Source: an archaeon (GTDB lineage Archaea > Iainarchaeota > Iainarchaeia > Iainarchaeales > JAAZKV01). From it: 18,596 nucleotides of DNA. Each line of letters begins with the position of its first letter. Position 1 is the first letter of the stretch. The translations under genes were made by a program, and so were the position numbers. Location of the stretch: assembly GCA_036170245.1 (NCBI GenBank), contig JAVHOV010000014.1:1-18596 (forward strand). The letters are read 5' to 3'. Below are positions 1 through 8,023 of the stretch, piece after piece. Under the pieces are notes generated by a model that searched no databases, was not told the origin of the DNA, and saw nothing but the letters and a program-made list of their open reading frames with translations.

Positions 1-50
1 CTCGCTTTCATCCGCATCTTAAAAGATGCAGATTTCCCGCTCGACTAATT
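1..50 (-). mobile_element. Probable end (subterminal hairpin) of an IS200/IS605-family element continuing beyond the left window edge
   Basis: Minus strand reads TTAATTAGTCGAGCGGGAA-ATCTGCATCT-TTTA-AGATGCGGAT-GAAAGCGAG: a 10-bp hairpin (10-33, one T.G pair) in a locally GC-richer patch. It resembles IS200/IS605 ends. The 8..544 protein stops matching its paralog at this point. Confidence 0.5.
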
Positions 51-544
51 AAATTTCCATTAGGCGAATTCAATAAAACAACAGGCGCCACAGAATCAAC
101 CCCTAAAGAAGCTAAGCAATTCGCATAAAACTCTCCGCTTATACTCTTAGCCAATCCCTCTTTTGAGATGTAATTAAGTGTTATGGAATACTTTTGGCTT
201 TGGCTAGTGCAAAACGGCAGATTTGACAAAGAAAAACTTTTATTACTGCTGAAGAATATTTGCCCAGAAACCGGACTATCAATAGAATTGATAATTATAC
301 TAGTTAGTGTAACTCCTTCAGACAAACTGCTTGAGAGCACAATTGTACCAACCCCATCAGCACTCACAGCAAAATCCATTATTTTTACTTCTTTTGTTTT
401 CCAAGCTAAGTTAGTGGTTTTTTGATCGGTTGCAGAAACGCTAGAAGTTTGAGTAATCAGCAACCCAACAACAATAAGAGCAATTACTACTACAACAGCA
501 ATAATGACAAGGTATTCAATAGTTCCTTGGCCTTTTCGTTCCAT
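8..544 (-). CDS. Class III signal-peptide (archaeal pilin-like) surface protein, probably truncated by an insertion
   Basis: N-terminus KGQGTIEYLVIIAVVVVIALIVVGLL is a class III signal peptide. Similar to the 2550..4499 protein up to VAPVVLLNSPNGN (vs IAPVVTLSSPTGN), then ends in an unrelated tail encoded by the hairpin. Confidence 0.75.
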   Translation of the reverse strand: MERKGQGTIEYLVIIAVVVVIALIVVGLLITQTSSVSATDQKTTNLAWKTKEVKIMDFAVSADGVGTIVLSSSLSEGVTLTSIIINSIDSPVSGQIFFSSNKSFSLSNLPFCTSQSQKYSITLNYISKEGLAKSISGEFYANCLASLGVDSVAPVVLLNSPNGNLISRAGNLHLLRCG

Positions 545-646
545 GACAATAACAAAGTTACTTTAATTTATAATGGTTTCTCTAAAATTAAACTTTATTT
601 TTCCAAATGCACACTTCTCTTAAACACTTCCAAATTAAACTATATT

Positions 647-1453
647 ATGTTTCGTTATATGTTAGCCCCAATGGAGAAATACACTGACCCTGCTTTTAGG
701 ACTCTTTGCTTTACTCATGGAGCAGATCTAACTTTCACTGAGTTTGCAAGTACAGAAGCTTTAGTTGATAATGTTATAGAAACTTGGGAATTAATTGAAC
801 TAAAAGATTCAACCCCAACTGTAATTCAATTATTAGTAGGAAATGAAGAAAAGTTAAATTTGTTTTTAAAAAAATTCACTCCAAAAGAAGGTTTTAGAGG
901 GTTTAATTTTAATTTGGGCTGCCCTGACCCGGAGATTGTTAAAAGCGGGCGAGGATGCGCCATGATTAAGCGAATCGCAAAAACAAACAGGCTTATTGAA
1001 ATAGCAAAGAAGTACAATTACCCAATTTCAATTAAAATGCGTTTAGGAGAGAACAATTTTGAAAAAGAAAAGAAAGCTTACCTTAATTTGATTAATGGAA
1101 CAAATCCTGATTTTTTTATAATTCATGCAAGGCATGGGCAGGAAAGTTATTCTGATAAACCAAATTATTCTGTTTTTGAAGAATGTGTAAGAACTGGAAA
1201 AGAAATTATTGCAAATGGAGACATTGATTCAATAGGGAAAGTTAGGGAATTAAAAAAAATGGGGGTTAAGGGAGTAATGATTGGAAGAGCAGCTGTAACT
1301 AATCCTGCAATTTTTGATGAACTTAAAGGAAACAACATTCCTCGCTTTGAGGACCTAAAAAGCGAGTACTCTATTTTAGCGGATAAATTAAAATCAAAAC
1401 CAAGATGCAAAAAAAATGTTTTGATGAGAATTGGGCAAATTACAAAAATTTAA
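647..1453 (+). CDS. dus: tRNA-dihydrouridine synthase family protein (copy 1)
   Basis: Dus motifs LAPM, TE, QL, NFNLGCP (catalytic Cys), SIKMRLG, IHAR, IANGDI, GVMIGRAAVTNP. Start moved to ATG 647 (MFRYMLAP) to match paralog MFRFMLAP; the 422 extension overlaps the opposite-strand gene. Confidence 0.9.
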   Translation: MFRYMLAPMEKYTDPAFRTLCFTHGADLTFTEFASTEALVDNVIETWELIELKDSTPTVIQLLVGNEEKLNLFLKKFTPKEGFRGFNFNLGCPDPEIVKSGRGCAMIKRIAKTNRLIEIAKKYNYPISIKMRLGENNFEKEKKAYLNLINGTNPDFFIIHARHGQESYSDKPNYSVFEECVRTGKEIIANGDIDSIGKVRELKKMGVKGVMIGRAAVTNPAIFDELKGNNIPRFEDLKSEYSILADKLKSKPRCKKNVLMRIGQITKI

Positions 1454-1512
1454 AAAATTACAACCACATTTCTCTTGCATAAAAACATTTGTTATGTTGA
1501 AGTCTGTTTGTT

Positions 1513-2235
1513 TTAATCAAGTGAATACTCTTGCATATCAGTTACGGTGGCATTTTTGCATTCAAGAGGAAGTTCAAATATATTATCAGAAAACTCTCTA
1601 GTCAAATTTATTTTTTCAGAGTGTGAAACATATTCATCGCTGTTAATGTCCTGTGTTAGAGGAATGCAATATTCTTTGTTAATGTAATCTGCCAAAGTCA
1701 CCATTTCACTTCCGACAGAGTCCCCCAAATTTTCGGTTTGCTTTAGTTTGTAACCTATTGCAGAACCACCAATTTGTTTTGTTTCGCCAGTAAATTGAGT
1801 TTCATAATAAATTGGTTGAGGTTGAGTAAATGGATTATAATCGGCCAAAGCATTGTGCTTTACTGCAGTACATTCGCCTTCAGTATTTGAATAAACCATA
1901 AAACTAGTATCTGATGCTATTGTCCAAGTCCCAACGCCTTGAGGCAAAGTGTCTAATCTTTCATAATAATAGTGAGTGTCATTTGTCTGATTAATGTACC
2001 TCTTCATTACCACTCCTTCAACTCCATCTTTTGTGTAATACTTTTCATCATAGGACATTTTGAATAGCTTTGGCAATTCGCAGAAAATCGCCCCGTTTTG
2101 GCTTGGTTTAGCGACAGACAAATTAGAATCAACATTTAATTTATTTGAATCATTTGCAGAAGAATCTCCCCCCTCAACAGTGCACCCAAACAAAAGCAAA
2201 AGAACTAAAATTAACCCTAACAATTTTCCTTTCAT
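1513..2235 (-). CDS. Putative lipoprotein of unknown function
   Basis: MKGK + hydrophobic stretch + LLFGC lipobox-like motif, then a Ser/Asn linker and a globular domain with four more Cys. Confidence 0.75.
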   Translation of the reverse strand: MKGKLLGLILVLLLLFGCTVEGGDSSANDSNKLNVDSNLSVAKPSQNGAIFCELPKLFKMSYDEKYYTKDGVEGVVMKRYINQTNDTHYYYERLDTLPQGVGTWTIASDTSFMVYSNTEGECTAVKHNALADYNPFTQPQPIYYETQFTGETKQIGGSAIGYKLKQTENLGDSVGSEMVTLADYINKEYCIPLTQDINSDEYVSHSEKINLTREFSDNIFELPLECKNATVTDMQEYSLD

Positions 2236-2273
2236 TCACTAATTAGAAATTAGGAAATATTTAAAGGTAAGTA

Positions 2274-2549
2274 ATGACTTATACTTTAAGCATGGATTCA
2301 ATTAAACCAACAGGGCAGGAACGGGTAAACTACAACTTAAACAGAGCTCTTGAATTAATTTCTAAACTTAAACTTCTCAAGACTAAAGAATCTACACCCA
2401 AAGTCCAAGAAAGAATTGAATCCATAAAAATACGAATTTCGAATATTAAGAAAAAATTAGTTTTTCTTTCCACAAGAGCAAGGGATAAGGTAACAAAATT
2501 TTACGCTTCAAATGCATTAAAAGAAATTGCTCAAAAATTAAAGGAATAA
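2274..2549 (+). CDS. Small basic hypothetical protein, helical/coiled-coil-like (start may be ATG 2292)
   Basis: Fills the gap between neighbours and abuts the convergent gene at 2549/2550. TTTAAAG at ~2260-2266 lies about 25 nt before ATG 2292. Confidence 0.55.
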   Translation: MTYTLSMDSIKPTGQERVNYNLNRALELISKLKLLKTKESTPKVQERIESIKIRISNIKKKLVFLSTRARDKVTKFYASNALKEIAQKLKE

Positions 2550-4499
2550 TTACTGCCAAGAAAGAAGGGGATAGTTATTATCCCTTGCAATCCAATTTCC
2601 ATCAAACCCTAAATTAACAAAAGGAATTCCATTAGCTCCCTTATATGCAATTGCATTGTTATCTGTTCTAACACACCCGGCAGGATTCGGACCAGAATAA
2701 CACCACAATTTATTTGTTAGATTTACATCCCAATAATTATTACTAAATGTTCCTGCTCCCAATACATATCCACTTACTCCCCCATCAGGGTAACCTGGGC
2801 TTGTCACTAACCCAAGACTAAAAGTATTTGTCATTACACTCCCTATTACTATTTCGCCAATTAACCCCCCAATATATTCCACAGTACCAGTTACTTGCCC
2901 AACATTATAAGAAGTATATATCATAGGAGATATTCCAGATATTCCCCCAACATAACTTCTGCCTGTTATTGATCCTAAATTATAAGTATTTCTTATCAAA
3001 GCATTCTCTGAATACCCTAAAATACCACCCACATAATCTGTGCCGGTTACTGATCCAGAGTTAAATGAACTCCTTATAGAAATTGAATTATTAGAGTAAC
3101 CAACTATTCCACCAACATTAGTTATTCCAATTATTGATCCTGAGTTTGAAGAATTCGAAATTAAATCTCCTGACCCATACCCACAAATACCGCCAACGTA
3201 AGTTACTCCTTCTGCCGACCCTAAATTAAAAGAATCTAAAATTGTTCCATGAAATGTATCCCCACAAATACCCCCAACATTAGTCGCTCCTCTAATTGAA
3301 CCATTACTAGAAGAATTTATTATTCGACCCATATACAAACTTCCAGCTATTCCCGCAACATAATCTTTCCCAATAATATTTTGATCTACTAAATTGACAT
3401 TTTGAATTAGAGTCCCGCCGGTTTCCCCAAATAAGCCCACCTCTGTTTGAGTTGGCCTATTAATAAATAAATTTGAAATCATATAATTGCCCCCATTAAA
3501 AGTCCCCGAAAAAGGTTGATAATTACTAGTACACCCTCTTCCACAACTAGGACCAATATATCCAATCGGACCAAATCCTAACCCCCCATTCCACAATCTT
3601 CCGCTTGAATTATTTGTATCAGCACCGCAATCAATATCATTCATTTGCACGTATTTTCCAGCTAAATTTAAGTTCATGTCTTGTAATTCCAAACAAGTAG
3701 TTATCTCAAAAGTATTTGAATCAACATCCAAACTCAAAGGGGAGGAAGTCCCTCTATTTGAACTTGTATCAATACATGAAACATTCCAATCAACATACTT
3801 GTCGGTAGCAAAATTATATCTTACAGTATTTAATCCGTTAACAATATTTGTATATACATTTGAATCACTTCCAATATTAAGAGTACAAGAATTAACCCCT
3901 TTAGCTTCAGTAACATCAAAAACAAAATCAACTACTTTACTTGAAACATTCCCTGTAGGGGAACTCAAAGTAACAACAGGAGCAATATTATCAATAGGGC
4001 TAATAACAATATTTTCATTAACGGCTATTGCATCATTTACACATTGTGCATTGATTGTACGTATTTCAGTTTTTATTATTCCGCTTGCAGTTAAATATTC
4101 AATCTTTAATTCGCACTTAACACTTTTCTGCCCGCTGACACAAGGACAAGGGGAACTTAAACCACTCAAACTAAATCCTTTAGAATCAAGTCCAACCAAA
4201 GTAGTGTCATAACTATTGTCAACATTTCCAACACTAATCTTTTTGAGGGTAATAGAATCACTAGAATTATTACTAAACTTAATCAAAGAATCCCCATTAG
4301 GGTCAATAACAGATTCAACTATACTAATTTCGCCAACAGCAACCTCTCCTGTTTTAGAAGAAGAACCAGTTATCTCTTGACTAGGTGAAGAAAAAACTCC
4401 AGTAACCAACCCAACAACAACTAAAGCAATAACAACAACCGCCAAAATAACCAAATACTCAATCGTACCTTGCCCAAATTTATCAGTTGAATGAGACAT
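2550..4499 (-). CDS. Class III signal-peptide surface protein with Ig-like segment and GLUG-type repeats (adhesin-like)
   Basis: FGQGTIEYLVILAVVVIALVVVGLV signal; DNIAPVVTLSSP Ig-like start; ITTCLELQDM...YVQMNDID motif; repeated G(S/T)xxGxxxVGG(I/L)xG units; C-terminal NYPLLSWQ. Confidence 0.85.
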   Translation of the reverse strand: MSHSTDKFGQGTIEYLVILAVVVIALVVVGLVTGVFSSPSQEITGSSSKTGEVAVGEISIVESVIDPNGDSLIKFSNNSSDSITLKKISVGNVDNSYDTTLVGLDSKGFSLSGLSSPCPCVSGQKSVKCELKIEYLTASGIIKTEIRTINAQCVNDAIAVNENIVISPIDNIAPVVTLSSPTGNVSSKVVDFVFDVTEAKGVNSCTLNIGSDSNVYTNIVNGLNTVRYNFATDKYVDWNVSCIDTSSNRGTSSPLSLDVDSNTFEITTCLELQDMNLNLAGKYVQMNDIDCGADTNNSSGRLWNGGLGFGPIGYIGPSCGRGCTSNYQPFSGTFNGGNYMISNLFINRPTQTEVGLFGETGGTLIQNVNLVDQNIIGKDYVAGIAGSLYMGRIINSSSNGSIRGATNVGGICGDTFHGTILDSFNLGSAEGVTYVGGICGYGSGDLISNSSNSGSIIGITNVGGIVGYSNNSISIRSSFNSGSVTGTDYVGGILGYSENALIRNTYNLGSITGRSYVGGISGISPMIYTSYNVGQVTGTVEYIGGLIGEIVIGSVMTNTFSLGLVTSPGYPDGGVSGYVLGAGTFSNNYWDVNLTNKLWCYSGPNPAGCVRTDNNAIAYKGANGIPFVNLGFDGNWIARDNNYPLLSWQ

Positions 4500-4508
4500 A
4501 AAAAAAAT

Positions 4509-5072
4509 TCACTTCATGATTTCTTTTACAATAGGTGCAATTGACTTCTTATCCATTCCATTAAATGGAGAAAACCCTTCAATCATCTTTAAACACATTG
4601 GGTCTTTTGAAAAGAAGTACTTAATCCCTAAAAGAGTTTTAGGAACCAAAACTGCAATTGAATCCATTAAATCAAGTTTAATCATTCTTCCTCTAAGAGA
4701 GAAGAACTTTATCTTGCCCCTAATGCTTACTGGAACTCCTTTAGTATAAGCATCCATAATCACAGGGTTGCCAGGTTTTGCTGCAGAAATCAAAAACAGA
4801 ACAAATTTCTTCTTTTCAAGGTAGGACCACTTTTTTAGAATTTCATTAATCCCAACCAATGTTCCAATATGCAAGTAAGTCCCAAAAGCGATTTTATTGT
4901 ATTTTGAAATATTATCCCACTCCACATCTTTGAGTGAAACTAAATCAGCTTTGGCTTCAGCGGCAATCCAACTAGCATATTCTCTAGTTGAACCATACTT
5001 TGAGTTGTAAATTACAAGAGTACTCTTAGGAGTTATTTTCCCCTTTGATTTAGCGCTTTTTGCATTCTTCAA
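4509..5072 (-). CDS. Flavodoxin-domain protein (HemG-like)
   Basis: LVIYNSKYGSTREYASWIA FMN-binding loop; FGTYLHIG; AGAGG SD-like motif upstream of the TTG start. Confidence 0.8.
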   Translation of the reverse strand: MKNAKSAKSKGKITPKSTLVIYNSKYGSTREYASWIAAEAKADLVSLKDVEWDNISKYNKIAFGTYLHIGTLVGINEILKKWSYLEKKKFVLFLISAAKPGNPVIMDAYTKGVPVSIRGKIKFFSLRGRMIKLDLMDSIAVLVPKTLLGIKYFFSKDPMCLKMIEGFSPFNGMDKKSIAPIVKEIMK

Positions 5073-5087
5073 AAAAATACCCTCTGT

Positions 5088-5567
5088 TTAATCCATCTCG
5101 TTCTTTTTTGATTCATAAAAGAAGAATTGAGCGTATTTTATGAATAATATCAATAAAGCAACTATAAGAAACTGTGAAAAGAAGAGTTCATTTGCAAACT
5201 TCAAAAAAACATTAAGCTGTTCGCTTATGCTTAAGGGAGTAAGTCCTGCAAAGAATACAACCACAAGCCACAATCCAAAAATCAGTTCTACTGAACTAAT
5301 GAATGGAGCAATGTACTTCAACCAACCCTTGTACAATTGGAACAAGTATTCCCAAAGCTGGATTAGTAAAACAAATCCAACTAAAATCGGCCAATTTTCG
5401 TTTAGAAAAACCAAAATATTAGAGATTATTACATTAGGCATTGCTTTACTAAAATAATCAATTACCCAAATAACAATAAATAAAGCAAGGGCAAAAGCTG
5501 CACTTGAAAATAATATTTGAATTACTTTCTTAAAATCTAATTGTTTTTTGCCAAAGTCAATTACCAT
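5088..5567 (-). CDS. Hypothetical membrane protein (~4 TM)
   Basis: Four hydrophobic segments; GTGA SD-like site upstream; co-oriented and closely spaced with the two downstream genes. Confidence 0.75.
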   Translation of the reverse strand: MVIDFGKKQLDFKKVIQILFSSAAFALALFIVIWVIDYFSKAMPNVIISNILVFLNENWPILVGFVLLIQLWEYLFQLYKGWLKYIAPFISSVELIFGLWLVVVFFAGLTPLSISEQLNVFLKFANELFFSQFLIVALLILFIKYAQFFFYESKKNEMD

Positions 5568-5667
5568 TTTTTAATCACTTCAATAGATACAGGTTTGAAC
5601 TTTAAAAACATTTGCAAGTTTCAAAACTTTGCCGCAAAATCAGGTTACTTTTTAGAAAAAATAGAAA

Positions 5668-6126
5668 CTAACATTCGCCTCTAAAATAGGCCCATTCTTC
5701 GCAAACTTTTCCGCTAGGCAAAGTGCACATTCCAACTTGTCCTTCATTAGTATCGATTATATTTAGGGTTCCATTATTATCAATACAGTTAGTTGATGCC
5801 GGATTTGCAATTTGTGCTCCAGTATCAGGACTCACATCACAATCTTCTTCCCAAACTTTTAAGCATTTTTGCTTCTCTTCGCACCAAGAGTATCCAGCTG
5901 AAGGAATACATCCGTGAGCATCCTTATCTCCGCCAACAATTACTGGGCAAAGAGCAAAATTACAATCAGGAGCTATTCTTCCAACAGCACTTCCATCAGG
6001 GCAAATTTTTGCATCCATAGTGCAGGCAACTTGGTTGTTATCAGTATTATTACTTGAAGTAGTGCATCCAAGAAAAACAATTAATCCAATCAGTAAAAAT
6101 CCAGCTATCAAAATATTTGATTTCAT
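5668..6126 (-). CDS. Cys-rich lipoprotein with C-terminal DUF333 domain
   Basis: Start at MKSNILIAG (6126) gives a signal peptide with FLGC. Modules: CTMDAKICPDGSAVGR, GGDKDAHGCIPSAGYSWC, and IANPASTNCIDNNG...CEEWAYFRGEC (DUF333). Confidence 0.85.
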   Translation of the reverse strand: MKSNILIAGFLLIGLIVFLGCTTSSNNTDNNQVACTMDAKICPDGSAVGRIAPDCNFALCPVIVGGDKDAHGCIPSAGYSWCEEKQKCLKVWEEDCDVSPDTGAQIANPASTNCIDNNGTLNIIDTNEGQVGMCTLPSGKVCEEWAYFRGEC

Positions 6127-6247
6127 TTTTATCAATAAGCTTATGAGATAAGTAAAATAAATACTTTTGGTTTTGGTTAGGTTTAAGGCAAACCAAAATT
6201 TTCCCCTTATCAAACAAATTAAATATTTCTTTCCCCTGACTTTAAGC

Positions 6248-6490
6248 ATGTCTTTCTTTGTTTATTTGCTAAAATGTAGGGATAATACATTCTACTGCGG
6301 GTACACTAACAATTTAGAAAAAAGAGTAAAAACCCACAACTTAGGAAAAGCAAGTAAATATACAAGGGCAAGGTTGCCAGCAAAATTAATTTATGTAGAA
6401 GATCTTTCTTCTAAATCAAATGCTTTGAAGAGAGAATATCAAATAAAACAATTATCAAGATATGAAAAAGAAGAACTAATTAAAAAATAA
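6248..6490 (+). CDS. Stand-alone GIY-YIG nuclease (UPF0213/YazA-like)
   Basis: FVYLLKCRDNTFYCGYTNNLEKRVKTHNLGKASKYTRARLP...ALKREYQIKQLSR; ATG 6248 preferred as start. Confidence 0.9.
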   Translation: MSFFVYLLKCRDNTFYCGYTNNLEKRVKTHNLGKASKYTRARLPAKLIYVEDLSSKSNALKREYQIKQLSRYEKEELIKK

Positions 6491-6553
6491 AAAAATCAAG
6501 GATATTTTTCATCTACTACCCCCTTTTATACTTCAAGGCCCCCTATATGTATT

Positions 6554-6712
6554 ATGGCTACTACTAAAAAGAAAACTAATAAACAATACCAAGCTGATTT
6601 GTCTGCAGATCACGATAAGAGAAGAATTGCTGACGAAGCCAGATGGAAGAAAAACAATTTAGGTTCAGTTGAACAAAACATTCTTGATGCGGGAAGAGCT
6701 AAAAAACTTTAA
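6554..6712 (+). CDS. 52-aa basic protein not in the ORF track (MATTKKKTNKQYQADLSADHDKRRIADEARWKKNNLGSVEQNILDAGRAKKL)
   Basis: Open frame filling the gap; TTTTATA at 6524-6530, ~24 nt before the ATG; stop overlaps the convergent gene's stop (TTAA). Confidence 0.65.
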   Translation: MATTKKKTNKQYQADLSADHDKRRIADEARWKKNNLGSVEQNILDAGRAKKL

Positions 6713-7212
6713 CTTAATTTTCCCTGCAATATTTTTTTTCTTAGTGCAGCAAGTGTTGCTCTATTTCCTTTACTTTGAGTAAAAGAGTAAACCCAGTTAG
6801 AGTACTTTTGAATCAGTCCTTTAGGAAGAGTTCCAAGTTTAACCCTAAGTTTTTCCTGAACATGTAAAGCATTTTTTGGAGTAGTGAATTTATCTTTCTT
6901 GTTAAATTCTCTAAGAAAGGTTTCGGTTAGTACAAGCATAGTTCTTGGATTAAGTTCACTAGTTTTCATGAACTCTAAAGGAGCTTGTATTTTTCTGACC
7001 CCTTTGACTTTTAGCAATCTATTTTTTTTAGCAGTAAGCTGTGAGCGGATCCTTGAAACCGAAAGAGTTTTTGAAGAAATTCCAAGATTAACTGTCCTTC
7101 TGCTAAACTCCGCTTCTCTCATCTTCTCAACTAAGGCAACAGAAGTTGGAATCAATGCACCCCTACTCATTACTCCTCTTGGAGTGCTTCTTCTGTTAGT
7201 ATAACTTACCAT
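6709..7212 (-). CDS. Arg/Lys-rich hypothetical protein
   Basis: Long ORF, ATG at 7212, no recognisable motif. Confidence 0.65.
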   Translation of the reverse strand: MVSYTNRRSTPRGVMSRGALIPTSVALVEKMREAEFSRRTVNLGISSKTLSVSRIRSQLTAKKNRLLKVKGVRKIQAPLEFMKTSELNPRTMLVLTETFLREFNKKDKFTTPKNALHVQEKLRVKLGTLPKGLIQKYSNWVYSFTQSKGNRATLAALRKKILQGKLS

Positions 7213-7438
7213 ACTTAAAAGAACACTCAACCTTATATTAAAACTAAACCCTTTTTGAAAAAGAAACGAACTTATTTTTAAATTAAAACATATTTAATTC
7301 TAAAATGAAGAAAGCCCCAAAATCAATTCAATCAAAACTTCTCCCAAAAAACCAAAGGCCAAATCCTGAACTTGCTCTTGGAGAGTATTTTATATTTTGA
7401 ATAACAGGATTTTTTGGTCTTCCTTGTGGCATTTGAAT

Positions 7439-7876
7439 TCACCTTTTAGCATTTTTTTTAAAATATAGTTTTATGAAATTTACAAAAGATTGAGGAAGAT
7501 TTGTACTAATATTTTGCTTTAGCACTACATCAAGTGGGTGAGCATTAGTTTTCCCAAAGAGTTTTAGAATTTCAGCTCTTGTAGCTTTTGGGTTTGTTTT
7601 TCCCTGTTTTTTCCAAATTTCAATTGCCTGTTTAACTTGGTGAGTTGGTTCTTCTGAAAACATTACTCTGATTTCATTTGCACCCTGCAAAGTAGAACTG
7701 CTAAGTGCTCTTGAACCAGGGACCATTGCTCCCCCTCTCACTCCAACAATAGTAACTTGTTTTTCTCCATTTGAAAGTACAATTCCAGTATGCCTTTTTT
7801 CGCCTAACGGAGGAACATATTTTCCTGCTCTAACACTTGCAGCAATTCTGCCCAGGTAAGCTTTTGGTTTTGTCAT
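7439..7876 (-). CDS. Basic hypothetical protein
   Basis: 145-aa ORF with ATG start and AT-rich TATA-like sequence ~25 nt upstream; no recognisable motif. Confidence 0.65.
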   Translation of the reverse strand: MTKPKAYLGRIAASVRAGKYVPPLGEKRHTGIVLSNGEKQVTIVGVRGGAMVPGSRALSSSTLQGANEIRVMFSEEPTHQVKQAIEIWKKQGKTNPKATRAEILKLFGKTNAHPLDVVLKQNISTNLPQSFVNFIKLYFKKNAKR

Positions 7877-8023
7877 AATAGAAATACAACTTATTTAGTA
7901 TTTAATACTTTAGAGAAAAAGTCAGCAAAATATAATCAATCAAATCCCCAAATTAATTCATTTTGTTTGCCACCCACTACCTTCTTAAATTTTTCCATAG
8001 AACTACTTACTTCTGGTGAGCAG

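Noticed and set aside
422..646. 75-aa N-terminal extension of Dus copy 1 in the ORF track
   Set aside because: Overlaps the opposite-strand gene and its promoter region; the paralog starts at the equivalent of ATG 647.
2860..3370. Periodic DNA similarity resembling a repeat array or DGR template/variable repeat
   Set aside because: Explained by GLUG-type protein repeats; no near-identical pair differing only at adenines and no reverse transcriptase in the window.
3676..4212. 178-aa + strand ORF and the other antisense ORFs in the track (e.g. 183-425, 5140-5457, 6884-7204, 9760-10011, 13589-13846)
   Set aside because: They lie opposite better-supported genes and show no motifs; typical shadow ORFs.
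6165..6198. TTTTGGTTT/AAACCAAAA inverted repeat between divergent genes
   Set aside because: Low-complexity 9-bp arms in AT-rich DNA; could be an operator but nothing else supports it.
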